The translations under genes and the position numbers were made by a program. A stretch of 64,000 bases of DNA from an uncultured delta proteobacterium. GTDB taxonomy: Bacteria; Myxococcota_A; UBA9160; SZUA-336. Where the stretch lies: positions 32,001 to 96,000 of the forward strand of contig CAVPHD010000002.1 in assembly GCA_963704165.1 (NCBI GenBank). Direction: 5' to 3'. Below are positions 38,924 to 49,157 of the stretch, one piece after another. Numbering within the stretch: the stretch's first letter is position 1; every line of letters begins with the position of its first letter. The notes under the pieces are model-generated. The model saw nothing but the letters and a program-made list of their open reading frames with translations, made no database searches and was not told the DNA's origin.

Positions 38924-39409
38924 TCAGCGCGGGATCGAGGCCGGAACCGGGGCTCCACTCGCGGGCAAGCCGGCGGCCTCGAAGACCGCGAGGTCGGGCG
39001 AGACCTCCCAGCGCCGCTCGAGCTCGAGAAATCGCCACGTCTGCTTCTGACGCAGCCTGCGTTCGGTGAGCCCGGGCGGGTTGTAGAACTCCCAGCCGAC
39101 GAGCACGTCGACCTCGCGACCGGTGGTGCCCTTCGGGATCGTGGTCAGCACCTCGGCCGCGGTGAAGCGGAACCGGCCCGGATCCCCGTCGAAGAGCTCG
39201 AAGAACTGCTCGCGCTGTTCGGGTGCCATCTGCGCGGCGGCCTGCTGGAGCCGACCCCAGCGCACGTCCTGGATGTACGCGTTCGCGCTCTCGTCGACCT
39301 CGGGAAACGCGTTCTCGCCAAACGACTCCATCACGATCGCCGGGATCGCGCACCCGGCGAGAAGCGGCGCACACGCGAGAATGGACAGAGCGAGAACTCG
39401 TCGCAGCAT
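38924..39409 (-). CDS. Hypothetical lipoprotein
   Basis: Lipobox LAGC; Y..DVRWG; Q.W....RRW. Confidence 0.7.
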   Translation of the reverse strand: MLRRVLALSILACAPLLAGCAIPAIVMESFGENAFPEVDESANAYIQDVRWGRLQQAAAQMAPEQREQFFELFDGDPGRFRFTAAEVLTTIPKGTTGREVDVLVGWEFYNPPGLTERRLRQKQTWRFLELERRWEVSPDLAVFEAAGLPASGAPVPASIPR

Positions 39410-39492
39410 CGATCGCACCCCCCGAGCAAGACCTATCGGCTTCAAAGTGGCATTTTCCAAAGCGGACGGCAGGGGAGGCGGGGGAGAGACGC

Positions 39493-40488
39493 GTGGCATC
39501 GGGGCAGGGGATTCTGCTCGGGATCGACATCGGCGGCACCAAGACGCAGATCGCGCTGGGCCGGGCCGACGGCGAGATCCTGCGCGAAGCGCATCTCGAG
39601 GCGTGGGCCTCGGGGAGCTTCGCGCGCGACCTCGACACGGTCGCCGCGCGCGCGCTCGCGTTGCTCGACGAGGCGGGCGTGGCCGCGAGCGAGATCGACG
39701 CCGTGGGTGTTTCCGCGCCGGGTCCGCTCGATCCGGTCGCGGGCGTGATTCACGCTGCGCCGAACCTGCCCGGCTGGATCGACGTGCCGATCCGCGCACG
39801 GCTCGAGCGCGCGCTCGGCCGGCCGGTGCGGCTCGAGAACGACGCCAACGCCGCCGCGCTCGCCGAGTGGCGCTACGGCGCGGGTCGAGGCTCGCGCGCG
39901 TTCGTCTTCCTCACGATGAGCACCGGCGTCGGGGGCGGCCTCGTGCTCGATGGCCGGCTCTATCGCGGTGCACGCTACGGCGCGGGAGAGATCGGGCACA
40001 TTCCCGTCGTCCCTGGCGGACGGCGCTGCGCGTGTGGCTTGCGCGGCTGCCTCGAGGCGTACACCGGAGGCGCCGCGATCGCGGCGCGCATCCGCGAGGA
40101 TCTGGCGGCGGGCGCGCGAACGTCGATCCGGGATCTCGTCGTGGGCGATCCGGCGCGCGTCAACGCGCACGTCTGGGTCGAGGCGCTGCGAGCGGGCGAT
40201 GCCTACGCGACGCGTCTGCACGAGGAGTGGCTCGATCGGCTCGCACAGGGAATCGCGATCGTCGCGCTCTCGCTCGACCCGGACTGCATCGCGCTCGGCA
40301 CGATCGTCGCGCGCAACGTCGACATCTTTCTGGAGCCGCTGCGCGAGCGCGTCTTCGAGCGGGTCTGGGAACACCTGCGCGACACACGCATCGTGGCCGG
40401 GGAGCTGGGCGAGCGCCTGCCGGCCTACGCTGGATTGTGTACCGCGTTGCTCGACCCGCTCGACGCGTCCGGATCCGCCGTGAAATAG
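39493..40488 (+). CDS. ROK family sugar kinase
   Basis: GIDIGGTK, PGP, ENDANAAALAE, STGVGGG, GEIGH, CACGLRGCLE. Confidence 0.92.
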   Translation: MASGQGILLGIDIGGTKTQIALGRADGEILREAHLEAWASGSFARDLDTVAARALALLDEAGVAASEIDAVGVSAPGPLDPVAGVIHAAPNLPGWIDVPIRARLERALGRPVRLENDANAAALAEWRYGAGRGSRAFVFLTMSTGVGGGLVLDGRLYRGARYGAGEIGHIPVVPGGRRCACGLRGCLEAYTGGAAIAARIREDLAAGARTSIRDLVVGDPARVNAHVWVEALRAGDAYATRLHEEWLDRLAQGIAIVALSLDPDCIALGTIVARNVDIFLEPLRERVFERVWEHLRDTRIVAGELGERLPAYAGLCTALLDPLDASGSAVK

Positions 40489-41612
40489 CCCGAGCGCCAG
40501 ACTTCAACGTATTCTCGAAGTCTGGCGACGGCAATGGCCTCGCGAAGATCGCGGACGAGCTTCATGTAATACGCGATGTTGTGAAGCGACAGGAGGCGCG
40601 CGCCGAGCGAGTCGCCGCTGGTCAGCAGGTGCCGGAGGTACGCGCGCGAGTGGCGGCGGCAGGCAGGGCACGCGCACTCGGGGTCGAGCGGGAGCGGGTC
40701 GTCGCGGTAGCGCGCGTTCCGAAGGTTGACGCGACCCCGCGACGTGAACACCGAGCCGTGTCGGCCGTGGCGTGTGGGCACGACGCAGTCGAAGAGATCG
40801 ACACCGGCCTGCACTCCGGCGACGAGATCCTCCGGCAGACCCAGGCCCATCAGGTAGCGCGGGGCCGCTTCGGGAAGGACTGAAATCGCGGCGCTCGCGA
40901 GCCGGAGGCGAGCCTCGGGCGATTCCCCGACGCCCAGGCCGCCAATCGCGAAGGCGTCGAATCCGAGCGCGCGCGTCCGCTCGGCGCTCTCGGCGCGCAG
41001 ATCCTCGCGGTCACCCCCCTGGACGATGCCAAAGAGCCGTTGATCGCCGCGCCGGTGGGCGTCGCGACAGCGCGCGGCCCAGCGCAGGCTGCGCTCGAGG
41101 CAGGCGCGTGTTCGCTCGCGCGTCGGATCGATCTCCGGGGCGATCGCCTCGAACTCGTCGAGAACCACGATGAAGTCGGCGCCGAGCGCTTCCTGGATCT
41201 CGATGGCGCGTTCCGGTGACAGAAAGACCTTCCGGCCATCGACGGGGCTGCGGAACTCGACGCCCGCCTCGCCGCGCTCGCAGTGCGCACCCAACGAGAA
41301 GATCTGGAAGCCGCCGGAATCCGTGAGAATCGGCCCCGGCCAGCCCATGAATTCGTGCAGCCCGCCGTGCGCCTGCACGAGCGCTTCGCCCGGTCGCAGA
41401 CTCAGGTGGTAGGTGTTCGCGAGCAGGCCCTGCACGCCGACGCGCGCGAGCTCGTCGGGCGAGAGTCCGCGCACCGCGCCATAGGTTCCGACGGGCAAGA
41501 ATGCCGGCGTCTCGAGCGCGCCGTGGCGGGTCTCGAAGCGGCCGGCACGCGCGCGCCCGTCGTGCGCTTCCAGGACGAAGCGCGGCCGCTTCGGTTCGAC
41601 TAGCGAATCCAG
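40425..41612 (-). CDS. tgt: tRNA-guanine(34) transglycosylase; start uncertain
   Basis: ETPAFLPVGT, NTYHL, TDSGGFQ, FGIVQGG, GGLGVGE, PRYLMG, DCVVPTR, CACPAC..AYLRHL. No in-frame ATG/GTG/TTG near the start; CTG at 41612 assumed. Confidence 0.92.
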   Translation of the reverse strand: MDSLVEPKRPRFVLEAHDGRARAGRFETRHGALETPAFLPVGTYGAVRGLSPDELARVGVQGLLANTYHLSLRPGEALVQAHGGLHEFMGWPGPILTDSGGFQIFSLGAHCERGEAGVEFRSPVDGRKVFLSPERAIEIQEALGADFIVVLDEFEAIAPEIDPTRERTRACLERSLRWAARCRDAHRRGDQRLFGIVQGGDREDLRAESAERTRALGFDAFAIGGLGVGESPEARLRLASAAISVLPEAAPRYLMGLGLPEDLVAGVQAGVDLFDCVVPTRHGRHGSVFTSRGRVNLRNARYRDDPLPLDPECACPACRRHSRAYLRHLLTSGDSLGARLLSLHNIAYYMKLVRDLREAIAVARLREYVEVWRSGYFTADPDASSGSSNAVHNPA

Positions 41613-42604
41613 AACGCGTCCCCGTAGGAGAAGAAGCGGAAGCGCTCGGCGATCGCGTGCGCGTAGGCGCGCCGGGTCACCTCGACCCCTGCGAAGGCCA
41701 TCACCAGCGCGAGCAGGCTCGATCCCGGCAGGTGGAAGTTCGTGATCAGGGAGTCGACCGCGCGGAACTCGTGCCCGGGAAGGATCAGAAGCTTCGTGTC
41801 GCCCGCGCCCGCTTCGCCGCCCGTCGTCTCGAGCGCGCGGACGACCGTCGTTCCCACCGCGATCACGCGCCCGCCGGACGCACGCGTCTGCGCGATCGCC
41901 TCCGCGGTTTCGTTCGGTATGGCGAAGCGCTCGGCGTCGAGCGTGTGATCTTCGAGTCGATCGCAGCGGATCGGTCGGAACGTGCCCGGGCCGACGTGGA
42001 GCGTCAGCGTCGCGATTCGCAGACGCGCGGCGAGCGCCGGCGTGAAGTGGAGCGACGCCGTCGGTGCGGCGACCGCGCCGGGCTCGCGCGCGAAGATCGT
42101 CTGGTAGTCCGCGAGATCCTGCGCGCGTGGGGACTCGCGCGAGATGTAGGGCGGGAGCGGCGCCTCCCCGATCGTTTCGAGCACGCCTTCTTCGGAGCGG
42201 CCGTCGGCGCTTTCGAACGCGAGTCGGCACGTGCCGCCCGGAAGGACGTCCACCACGCGCGCGGAGAGCCCGCCGAAGCGAAGCTCGAGTCCTGCGACGA
42301 GTCGCCCGCGTGCGCGAACGAACGCGGTCCAGGTCGCATCCGGGCGGCGTTCGAGCAGAAGCGCCTCGGCCTTGCCGCCGCTCGCCTTGTGGCCGCGCAG
42401 CTTCGCCGGCCGAACGCGCGTGTCGTTCACGACGACGAGATCACGGGGACCGACCTGCGAAGCGAGGTCCGCGAAGCGCAGCTCACAGAGCTCGCCGGTC
42501 CCGCGCTCCAGGACTAGCATCCGGGCGGCGTCGCGCGGCGAGACCGGAGCCTGGGCGATCAGGTCGGGCGGAAGCTCGTACGCGAGATCGGCGGGCGCGA
42601 TCAC
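41600..42604 (-). CDS. queA: S-adenosylmethionine:tRNA ribosyltransferase-isomerase
   Basis: YELPPDLIAQ, NDTRV, PLPPYI, YQTIFA, AAPTASLHF, TLHVGPGTF, VGTT, TNFHLP, FFSYGDA. Confidence 0.95.
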   Translation of the reverse strand: MIAPADLAYELPPDLIAQAPVSPRDAARMLVLERGTGELCELRFADLASQVGPRDLVVVNDTRVRPAKLRGHKASGGKAEALLLERRPDATWTAFVRARGRLVAGLELRFGGLSARVVDVLPGGTCRLAFESADGRSEEGVLETIGEAPLPPYISRESPRAQDLADYQTIFAREPGAVAAPTASLHFTPALAARLRIATLTLHVGPGTFRPIRCDRLEDHTLDAERFAIPNETAEAIAQTRASGGRVIAVGTTVVRALETTGGEAGAGDTKLLILPGHEFRAVDSLITNFHLPGSSLLALVMAFAGVEVTRRAYAHAIAERFRFFSYGDAFWIR

Positions 42605-43791
42605 GGCGCGCCCAGCGCCTCGAACGTCTCCGGCTTCGCCGCGAGGCCATCGTAGGAGAAGAGCACGACACCGGACGGGGTCGCTTCGCGCGCGAGCGCG
42701 AGCTGTTCGAGAATGCGAGTCGGCTCGGCCGCGAAGAGCCACGCGCCGAGGCCGATCCAGACGCGATCGCCGCCGACCCCGTGGCCGAGCGCGTGCGCCT
42801 GATAGCGAAGCAGTCGGTCGTCGCGCGTGTACGCCATGGCGACCGCGAAATCGATCAACCCCTCGTCGAGCCAGCGCCGCCAGTCCTGAAATGACGTGAG
42901 GTACGCGCGGTCCGCATAGGCGAGCGCCGCGACCGAGATCTGCCAGGTTGCGGGAATCTGCCCGGCCAGCGCGGCGACCAGCTCGCGCACGCGTTCGCGG
43001 CGAAACGCGTCCCAGGCGTCGCCGCGCGCAAAACCGCCGTTCGCCGCGGCGAAGCGTTCGCGGGCGGCCGGGCCGTAGCCGTAGTCGAGTCCGAGCGCGA
43101 AACGCGAGCCGGGCGTGATCGGCAGCGCGTACGGATAGCGGATGTAGTCGAGATGCAGGCCGTCGAGATCGGGGGCCGAGCGAACGAGATCGGCGACCGT
43201 GGCCGCCAGCTCTTCGACCACGCGCGGCTCCGCGGGGTCGAGCCAGAATCCCGGCGTCTCGAGCTGCAGGTACGCGCGATCGGGCTTGGGGACGTTCGCT
43301 TCGGAGTAGTCGAGCAGGCTGCGACCCTTGTTGTCGACGATGATCGCGTCGCGTCCGATCGTCTGGACGATCGTCGCGTTGCGATTCATCGCGAGGTTGA
43401 GGCAGTTGAACCAGGCGTGGACGCGCAGCCCACGCGCATGCGCGCGCGCGATCAGATCGTTCAGCGGATCGGGTGCCGATGGATCGTCGGCCCGAAGCGC
43501 CCGCCAGGGGGCATCGTCGGCGTGCGTGGAGGGAAACCAGCTGCGACCGCCCCGGTGCACCTGCACGAAGAGATCGCTCACACCCAGCGCGACCGCGCGT
43601 TCGATCAGCATCGCGATCTTCTCGGGCGACTCGAGCACGCGTTCGCTGCCTTCCGCGAGCACCCACAGCCCGAAAGCGGCTCGGGTGGACGAGGTCGCGG
43701 CGGCGGGCGGCGGCTCGACATTCACCGGCTCGTCACGCGAACACGCGCATACGAGCAGCGTCGCGAGCGAGAGTCGGAGGAGGGCGCGCAT
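42601..43791 (-). CDS. GH10-like (GHL10; YddW/DigH-like) glycoside hydrolase lipoprotein
   Basis: Lipobox VCAC; FVQV, DPL..AHARGLRVHAW, WLDP, DGLHLDYIRYP, QDW..W. Confidence 0.82.
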   Translation of the reverse strand: MRALLRLSLATLLVCACSRDEPVNVEPPPAAATSSTRAAFGLWVLAEGSERVLESPEKIAMLIERAVALGVSDLFVQVHRGGRSWFPSTHADDAPWRALRADDPSAPDPLNDLIARAHARGLRVHAWFNCLNLAMNRNATIVQTIGRDAIIVDNKGRSLLDYSEANVPKPDRAYLQLETPGFWLDPAEPRVVEELAATVADLVRSAPDLDGLHLDYIRYPYALPITPGSRFALGLDYGYGPAARERFAAANGGFARGDAWDAFRRERVRELVAALAGQIPATWQISVAALAYADRAYLTSFQDWRRWLDEGLIDFAVAMAYTRDDRLLRYQAHALGHGVGGDRVWIGLGAWLFAAEPTRILEQLALAREATPSGVVLFSYDGLAAKPETFEALGAP

Positions 43792-43872
43792 GGCGAATCC
43801 GAACGTAGCAGAGGCCGGAATCGCCGCCGTTCTCGCCCGACGCCGACGCGCCGGTTAGATTCGTGACCCCGC

Positions 43873-45945
43873 ATGAACGCCCGACCGATGGAACCCGCGA
43901 CGCTCCTGCGCGCCTTCGCGCTCGCCGCGCTGCTCGCGATCGCACCGCGCGCCGCGGCCGACGAAGCGGAGTCGCAGATCTCGGCCACGCTTCAGGAAGC
44001 GAACGCGCTGCGCGAGGCGGGCAGCTATGCGAAGGCCGCGAAGCGGCTGCGACGACTCGAGAAGACCGAGCTCGGTGCGGGCGTGGGTCTCTTGCGCGCG
44101 CGTCTGCTCTTGGCCGACGGTCACGCGGAGAAGGCGGCCGAGGTCGCGGAAGCCGCGCTCGCGCTCGACCCACCGATGGAGCTCCGCGCGCATCTCTTCG
44201 CCGAGCTCGCGCGCGCGCGGCTCGAGCAGGCGGATCTGGCGGGGGCTCGAATCGCCCAAGAGGGCGCCTGGGACGCGACCGGCAGCCCGGACTATGCCGC
44301 CGAGCTCGTCGTACAGCTCGCGCGTGAGCACGAGAAGGCTGCCCAGCCGGCCGAGGCGTTCGAGCTCTACGAGCGCGCCTGGCGCAGCTGGCCGCTGGCG
44401 CCGGCATCCGTCGACGCCTATTCACGGTCGTTGGAGCTCGGCCCGACGCTGGGCGCGCCCCAACCCGACGTGACGGCGCTGATCACGCGCGCAGATCGGC
44501 TGCGGGCGGCGTACCGCTGTGACCGGGCGCTGCCGATCTACGAGTCCGTTCTCGTTCGTGCCGACGCGACCGCCGCCGAAAAGCGACGCCTCGAACGCGC
44601 GCGCGCCGACTGTCTGTTTGCGGGCCGCCGCTATCCGGAGGCCCTCGAGGTCTACCAGGCGATCGCCGCGCGCGATCCCGGCGATCGCGACGTACAGATC
44701 CTGATCGGCCGGACGCTCATGCGCGCGGGCCAGCAGACCGCTTCGGTCGCCGCGTTCGAGAAGCTGATTCGCTCGCGCGATCCGTTGACCCGCGCCCGCG
44801 CCCGCGCGCTGCTCGCCATCGTCGTCGAGGATACCGAGCCCGCACGCGCGCTCGAGCTACTGCGCAAGGTCGAGCGCCAATCCGAAGATCCAGCGGCGGC
44901 CGCGCAGGCGCGTTGGTCTCTGGCCTGGGCGGACCTGCGCAGTGGCGCGGACGTACAGGCGCTCGCGCGGCTCGACCCGCTCGCCGACGGACCGATCAGC
45001 GACATCGAGATCCAACGCGCGCGCTACTGGCGCGGAGTCGTGCGCACCCGGTCGTCGGTCCCGCTCACGGCGGAGGCCGGTGGGGTCCAGCTCCGCACGC
45101 TCGCCGAAGCGGTTCCGCTCTCCTACTACGGCCTGCTGGCATCTGAACGCATCGGTCCGACCGCGCTCGAGCGAAGCTTCCTCGGTCCGAGACTCGCGGC
45201 AACGGAGTCCGCGCCGCTTCGGCGTGCGCGCATGTGGCTCGACGGCGGCTTTCCCGAGATCGCACAGGACGAGCTCGTCAGCTTCACCGAACGCACCCGA
45301 CTCCGACGTGAGCAGCGCATCGCGCTCTCCCGGTTGTTCTATCGCACGGGGGATCCGCACCGCGCCCAGCAGCTGATCCAGGTCGGATTCGGCGCGTCGC
45401 TCGAGCAGGGCGTGGATCCGGTCTGGCGCGACGCGTGGGAGCTGGCCTGGCCGCGCGCGTTCCGCGACGCCGTCACGAGGGCGGATCGGGAGTTCGGGTT
45501 CGCCCCGGCGCTCGTCTATGCGGTCATGCGCGAGGAGAGCGAGTACCGCCCGGAAGTCAGCTCCCCCGCAGGCGCGCTCGGGCTGATGCAGATCATTCCG
45601 CCCACCGGGAGGCGCATCGCGGAGCAGCTCGAAGTCACCGGATTCGATCCGATCCAGCTCTTCGACCCAGAGCTCAACGTCCGCTTCGGGACGTTCTATC
45701 TGCGCTCGCTCGTCGAGCGGTTCAGCGGCTCGATCCCCCTGGCGATTGCGTCGTACAACGCCGGGCCGGAGGCGGTTTCCCGCTGGATCCGGCGGGACGG
45801 CGATCAGCCCCCCGACGTCTTCGTGGACTCCGTGCCCTACGGCGAGACGCGCCGTTACCTGCGGCGCGTTCTCCGCTCGTACCACCTGTACCGGCGGCTC
45901 TATCCGGATCCACCCGCTCAAAGCTCCGCGTCACGCGACCGATAG
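43873..45945 (+). CDS. Soluble lytic transglycosylase with TPR-like repeats
   Basis: AVMREES, SPAGALGLMQI, ASYNAG, PYGETRRY; signal peptide and helical repeats. Confidence 0.9.
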   Translation: MNARPMEPATLLRAFALAALLAIAPRAAADEAESQISATLQEANALREAGSYAKAAKRLRRLEKTELGAGVGLLRARLLLADGHAEKAAEVAEAALALDPPMELRAHLFAELARARLEQADLAGARIAQEGAWDATGSPDYAAELVVQLAREHEKAAQPAEAFELYERAWRSWPLAPASVDAYSRSLELGPTLGAPQPDVTALITRADRLRAAYRCDRALPIYESVLVRADATAAEKRRLERARADCLFAGRRYPEALEVYQAIAARDPGDRDVQILIGRTLMRAGQQTASVAAFEKLIRSRDPLTRARARALLAIVVEDTEPARALELLRKVERQSEDPAAAAQARWSLAWADLRSGADVQALARLDPLADGPISDIEIQRARYWRGVVRTRSSVPLTAEAGGVQLRTLAEAVPLSYYGLLASERIGPTALERSFLGPRLAATESAPLRRARMWLDGGFPEIAQDELVSFTERTRLRREQRIALSRLFYRTGDPHRAQQLIQVGFGASLEQGVDPVWRDAWELAWPRAFRDAVTRADREFGFAPALVYAVMREESEYRPEVSSPAGALGLMQIIPPTGRRIAEQLEVTGFDPIQLFDPELNVRFGTFYLRSLVERFSGSIPLAIASYNAGPEAVSRWIRRDGDQPPDVFVDSVPYGETRRYLRRVLRSYHLYRRLYPDPPAQSSASRDR

Positions 45946-45951
45946 CGGGGC

Positions 45952-46380
45952 ATGACCAAGGCGATTCTGGCTTTGCTCGTGCTGTGCATCGCGATCTCGG
46001 GTGCGGGCTACTACAACTACTCGCGCAATGCTCCGCTCGAGGCGGACCTGCACAAGCCGCGACCCTACAAGTCGCTCTCGACTCCCGACATCGGAAAGCT
46101 CTTGGGCGCCTATCAGGCCGATCTCGATCGGCTCAAGGGCACGGTTGGCGCCAAGCCGGGCGGCGAGGGCGTGATCGATCGCTTCGACGCCAGCGACGTC
46201 GGGGGCAAGGCTCAGGGATTCGCCAGCTTCCAGCGTGAGAACCAACGCTGGAAGAACGCCCGCGGCCAGGTCTTCGAGATCGAGAAGACGCTCGCGGATC
46301 TGCGCCTCGAGAAGTCGATCCGCGACCGCGGGCTGGATCTCGACAGCACCCGCATCTGGCTGCGCATCAGCACGTTCTGA
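45952..46380 (+). CDS. Hypothetical membrane-anchored protein
   Basis: N-terminal hydrophobic helix; host-like codon use; 6 bp after the SLT gene. Confidence 0.7.
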   Translation: MTKAILALLVLCIAISGAGYYNYSRNAPLEADLHKPRPYKSLSTPDIGKLLGAYQADLDRLKGTVGAKPGGEGVIDRFDASDVGGKAQGFASFQRENQRWKNARGQVFEIEKTLADLRLEKSIRDRGLDLDSTRIWLRISTF

Positions 46381-46388
46381 GACCGGCG

Positions 46389-46748
46389 CTAGTCGTCGTC
46401 GTCGTCGGCCGCCGGCTCGTCTTCGGGTTCGTCGATTTCCGGCGTCTCGATCCCGCCGTCCTCGATCTCGATGTCCTCGAAGCCCGTGTCGTCGGTGTCG
46501 ATCGGCGTGTCGAGATCTTCCGCCTCGTCGATCGGGGGCGGCGGCTTCGCGGCCTTCTTCGGCGCCGGCGGCGCCGCGGCCTTCTTGGCGCGGGAGCGCT
46601 TGGGTTTCTCGAACGCCGGTGATTGCCGCTGGTCCGCGTTGCACTTGGGGCAATTCGGTTCGGGCTTGTTCATGTCGTAGAACTTCGCCTGGCACGAGTA
46701 GCAGACCCACTTCTGACCGAGCTTGGCCTTGCGAGCGGCGGCGTCCAT
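46389..46748 (-). CDS. FYDLN acid domain (TIGR02300-like) protein
   Basis: [17 protein letters not shown]...CPKC plus an acidic tail. Confidence 0.85.
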   Translation of the reverse strand: MDAAARKAKLGQKWVCYSCQAKFYDMNKPEPNCPKCNADQRQSPAFEKPKRSRAKKAAAPPAPKKAAKPPPPIDEAEDLDTPIDTDDTGFEDIEIEDGGIETPEIDEPEDEPAADDDDD

Positions 46749-46852
46749 GCGTTCAAGCGCTCCTTTCGCGCGGGGTATACCACGGGGGGCCGGTAGGGCA
46801 AGCCTTGGGCCGTCCGGGCAACTTCTCGAAACCCCGTTGATTTAACAGAATG

Positions 46853-47629
46853 CTACTTATCGGAACCTGAAATCGGGACGTCGGCGGATGCAGCTCCGAG
46901 CTTCATCTGCTCGATGCCGATCCGCGTGATGACGCCCTGTTCTTCCGCGATCTCCGGTGAGCTCGAGAGCGCCTGCTGATAGGCACCGATTGCGCGTGCC
47001 GGGGCTCCCGCGCGCGAGAAACAGTCGCCCGCCTCGATCCAGAGCAGAACGTTCGCTCGGTAGGCCTCGATCCGCGCGCCGGCTTCGTAGGCTTCGGCGG
47101 CGGCGAGCGGATCTCCGCTCTGATCGAGGACGAAACCGCGCAAGCGCAGCGCCACCGCGCGGCGTGCGTCATCGGCGGCGAGCGAAGCTGCGAGCGCCTC
47201 GAGCCGCTTGTCCGCAGCCGCGAGATTTCCGAGGCCGGTCTCGAGCTCGGCCGCACGCAGCCGCGCGATCTGTGCGGCGTCGCTCGAGCCGCGTTCCGCG
47301 ATGAAGGCGTCGAACTCGATCACGGCCTGTTCGCGCGCCTTTCTCGCCTGATCCGCGTTGGCGGGCTCGCTGATGAAGGCCTCGTCGCTGGTCGCTCCCA
47401 TGGCCCGAGCGAATCGAGCCTCGATCGCGGCGAGCTCCGTCTGAGCCGCCAGACGACTTCGCGTCTGCCACTCCCAGACCCCGGCGATCGCGCCCCCCGT
47501 GACCAGGAAGATCGCGATCCCGATCACGATCTCTCGCCCGTGCGAGTTGGCCCACTCGAAGCCGGCCTGAATCCGGGCTTCGAAGCCAGCCAGCCGAGTT
47601 TCCGTGTCGCCGTGTTGCTGCTGAGCCAT
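46853..47629 (-). CDS. YfgM-like TPR membrane protein
   Basis: W...G.EI, one TM helix, then TPR-like helices; adjacent to der; GGAGG RBS. Confidence 0.65.
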   Translation of the reverse strand: MAQQQHGDTETRLAGFEARIQAGFEWANSHGREIVIGIAIFLVTGGAIAGVWEWQTRSRLAAQTELAAIEARFARAMGATSDEAFISEPANADQARKAREQAVIEFDAFIAERGSSDAAQIARLRAAELETGLGNLAAADKRLEALAASLAADDARRAVALRLRGFVLDQSGDPLAAAEAYEAGARIEAYRANVLLWIEAGDCFSRAGAPARAIGAYQQALSSSPEIAEEQGVITRIGIEQMKLGAASADVPISGSDK

Positions 47630-47663
47630 GCGCTCGTGCCTCCCCCCGATGCGGCGCGCGATC

Positions 47664-49055
47664 TTAGCGGGTTTTCGCGGCGGACCCGTCCTCCGCGTTG
47701 CCGGAGTCTTCCAAACGCTCCGCTCGACCGCGCAGCAACACGCGCACGGGCGACGAGCGAACGCCGAAGCGTTTGCGGAAGAAGCCCTCGAGATAGCGGT
47801 GGTAGTTCGGCGCGATCAGCGTCGGATCGTTCATGAACACGAGCAGAGTCAGCGGGCGCTTCGCGACCTGCGTCGCGTAGAAGAAGCGCGCGCGGCGTTT
47901 GCCGCGAAGCGGCGGCACGTTTCGCGTGGTCGCCTCTTCGAGCGCGCGGTTCAACTCGGCGGTCGGGACCTCGACGTCGAGATCGTCGTACAGCCGCAGC
48001 GCCTCGGGCAGGAGCCGCGTCAGACCTCGACCCGAGAGCGCGCTCGTGCGCAGTACGACGGGCTCGGGGACGAAACCGAGCCGGCGCTCGAGCTGGCGTT
48101 CGACCTCCGTCCCGCGATCGGTGCCCTCGATCGCATCCCACTTGTTCAGAACGAGCACGAGCGGTCGGCCTCGGTCGAGCGCGAGGCGCGCGATCTTCGC
48201 GTCCTGTTCGGCAATGCCGCTTTCGGCGTCGAGCACGAGCAGTCCGACATCGGCGCGCTCGAGCGTGCGCAAGGCCATCAACGCACTGCCGCGTTCGAGC
48301 CGGTCGGCCCGGCGACCCGGCTTGCGCATGCCCGCCGTATCGACGAGCACGACGTCGCGCTCCCCGACGCGCAAGAACGAATCGGTCGCGTCGCGCGTCG
48401 TGCCGGGCTCGTCCGCGACGATGTTGCGCTCCTCCCCGAGCAACGCGTTCAAGAGCGAAGACTTGCCGACGTTCGGTCGGCCGACGATCGCGAGCCGAGG
48501 GGGACCGGTGCGCGGCTCGATCGCGGTCGGCTCGCTCGGGACCGGCAGCCGCTCGGCAATCGAGATCTCGAGATCGACGATGCCGCGCGCGTGCGCCGCC
48601 GAGGTCGGAATGATCTCGGGGAAGCCGAGCCGGTGGAACTCCGCGCTCGCCGCCTCGAGCTTGGGGTTGTCCGCCTTGTTCGCGACCACCACGACCTGAG
48701 GTCCGGCGCGCCGCAGCAGCTCGGCGATCTGCTGGTCGCCCGACAGCAGGCCGTCGCGAGCATCGACCACGAACACGATCACGGCCGCCTCGGCCACCAC
48801 CAGGCCGACCTGGCGCCGGATCGCAGCCGGGATGCCCTGCTCCGCGTCCGGGTCGAGACCTCCCGTGTCCACCAGCAAGACCTCGCGCCCCTCGATCACC
48901 GTCAGGGAGGCGACCCGATCCCGCGTGACCCCGGGCCGATCTTCCACCAATGAGCGACTCGCGCGCAGGAGGCGGTTGAAGAGCGTCGATTTGCCGACGT
49001 TCGCCCGACCCACGATGGCGACCAGCGGGGGGCCGCTGCTGTCACTTTTGCTCAT
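47664..49055 (-). CDS. der: Ribosome biogenesis GTPase Der (EngA)
   Basis: Two G domains: GRANVGKS/PGVTRD/DTGG/NKAD and GRPNVGKS/PGTTRD/DTAG/NKWD; C-terminal YATQ. Confidence 0.96.
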   Translation of the reverse strand: MSKSDSSGPPLVAIVGRANVGKSTLFNRLLRASRSLVEDRPGVTRDRVASLTVIEGREVLLVDTGGLDPDAEQGIPAAIRRQVGLVVAEAAVIVFVVDARDGLLSGDQQIAELLRRAGPQVVVVANKADNPKLEAASAEFHRLGFPEIIPTSAAHARGIVDLEISIAERLPVPSEPTAIEPRTGPPRLAIVGRPNVGKSSLLNALLGEERNIVADEPGTTRDATDSFLRVGERDVVLVDTAGMRKPGRRADRLERGSALMALRTLERADVGLLVLDAESGIAEQDAKIARLALDRGRPLVLVLNKWDAIEGTDRGTEVERQLERRLGFVPEPVVLRTSALSGRGLTRLLPEALRLYDDLDVEVPTAELNRALEEATTRNVPPLRGKRRARFFYATQVAKRPLTLLVFMNDPTLIAPNYHRYLEGFFRKRFGVRSSPVRVLLRGRAERLEDSGNAEDGSAAKTR

Positions 49056-49157
49056 CTTGGCGCCACTCCAAACTAATCCCGTGCGGTCACTGGTTGACAC
49101 AGCTCGCGGTTTTGGGCGAGGCTCGCACGGTTCGCTTCGTCGGGGAGGGTCGGTTCG

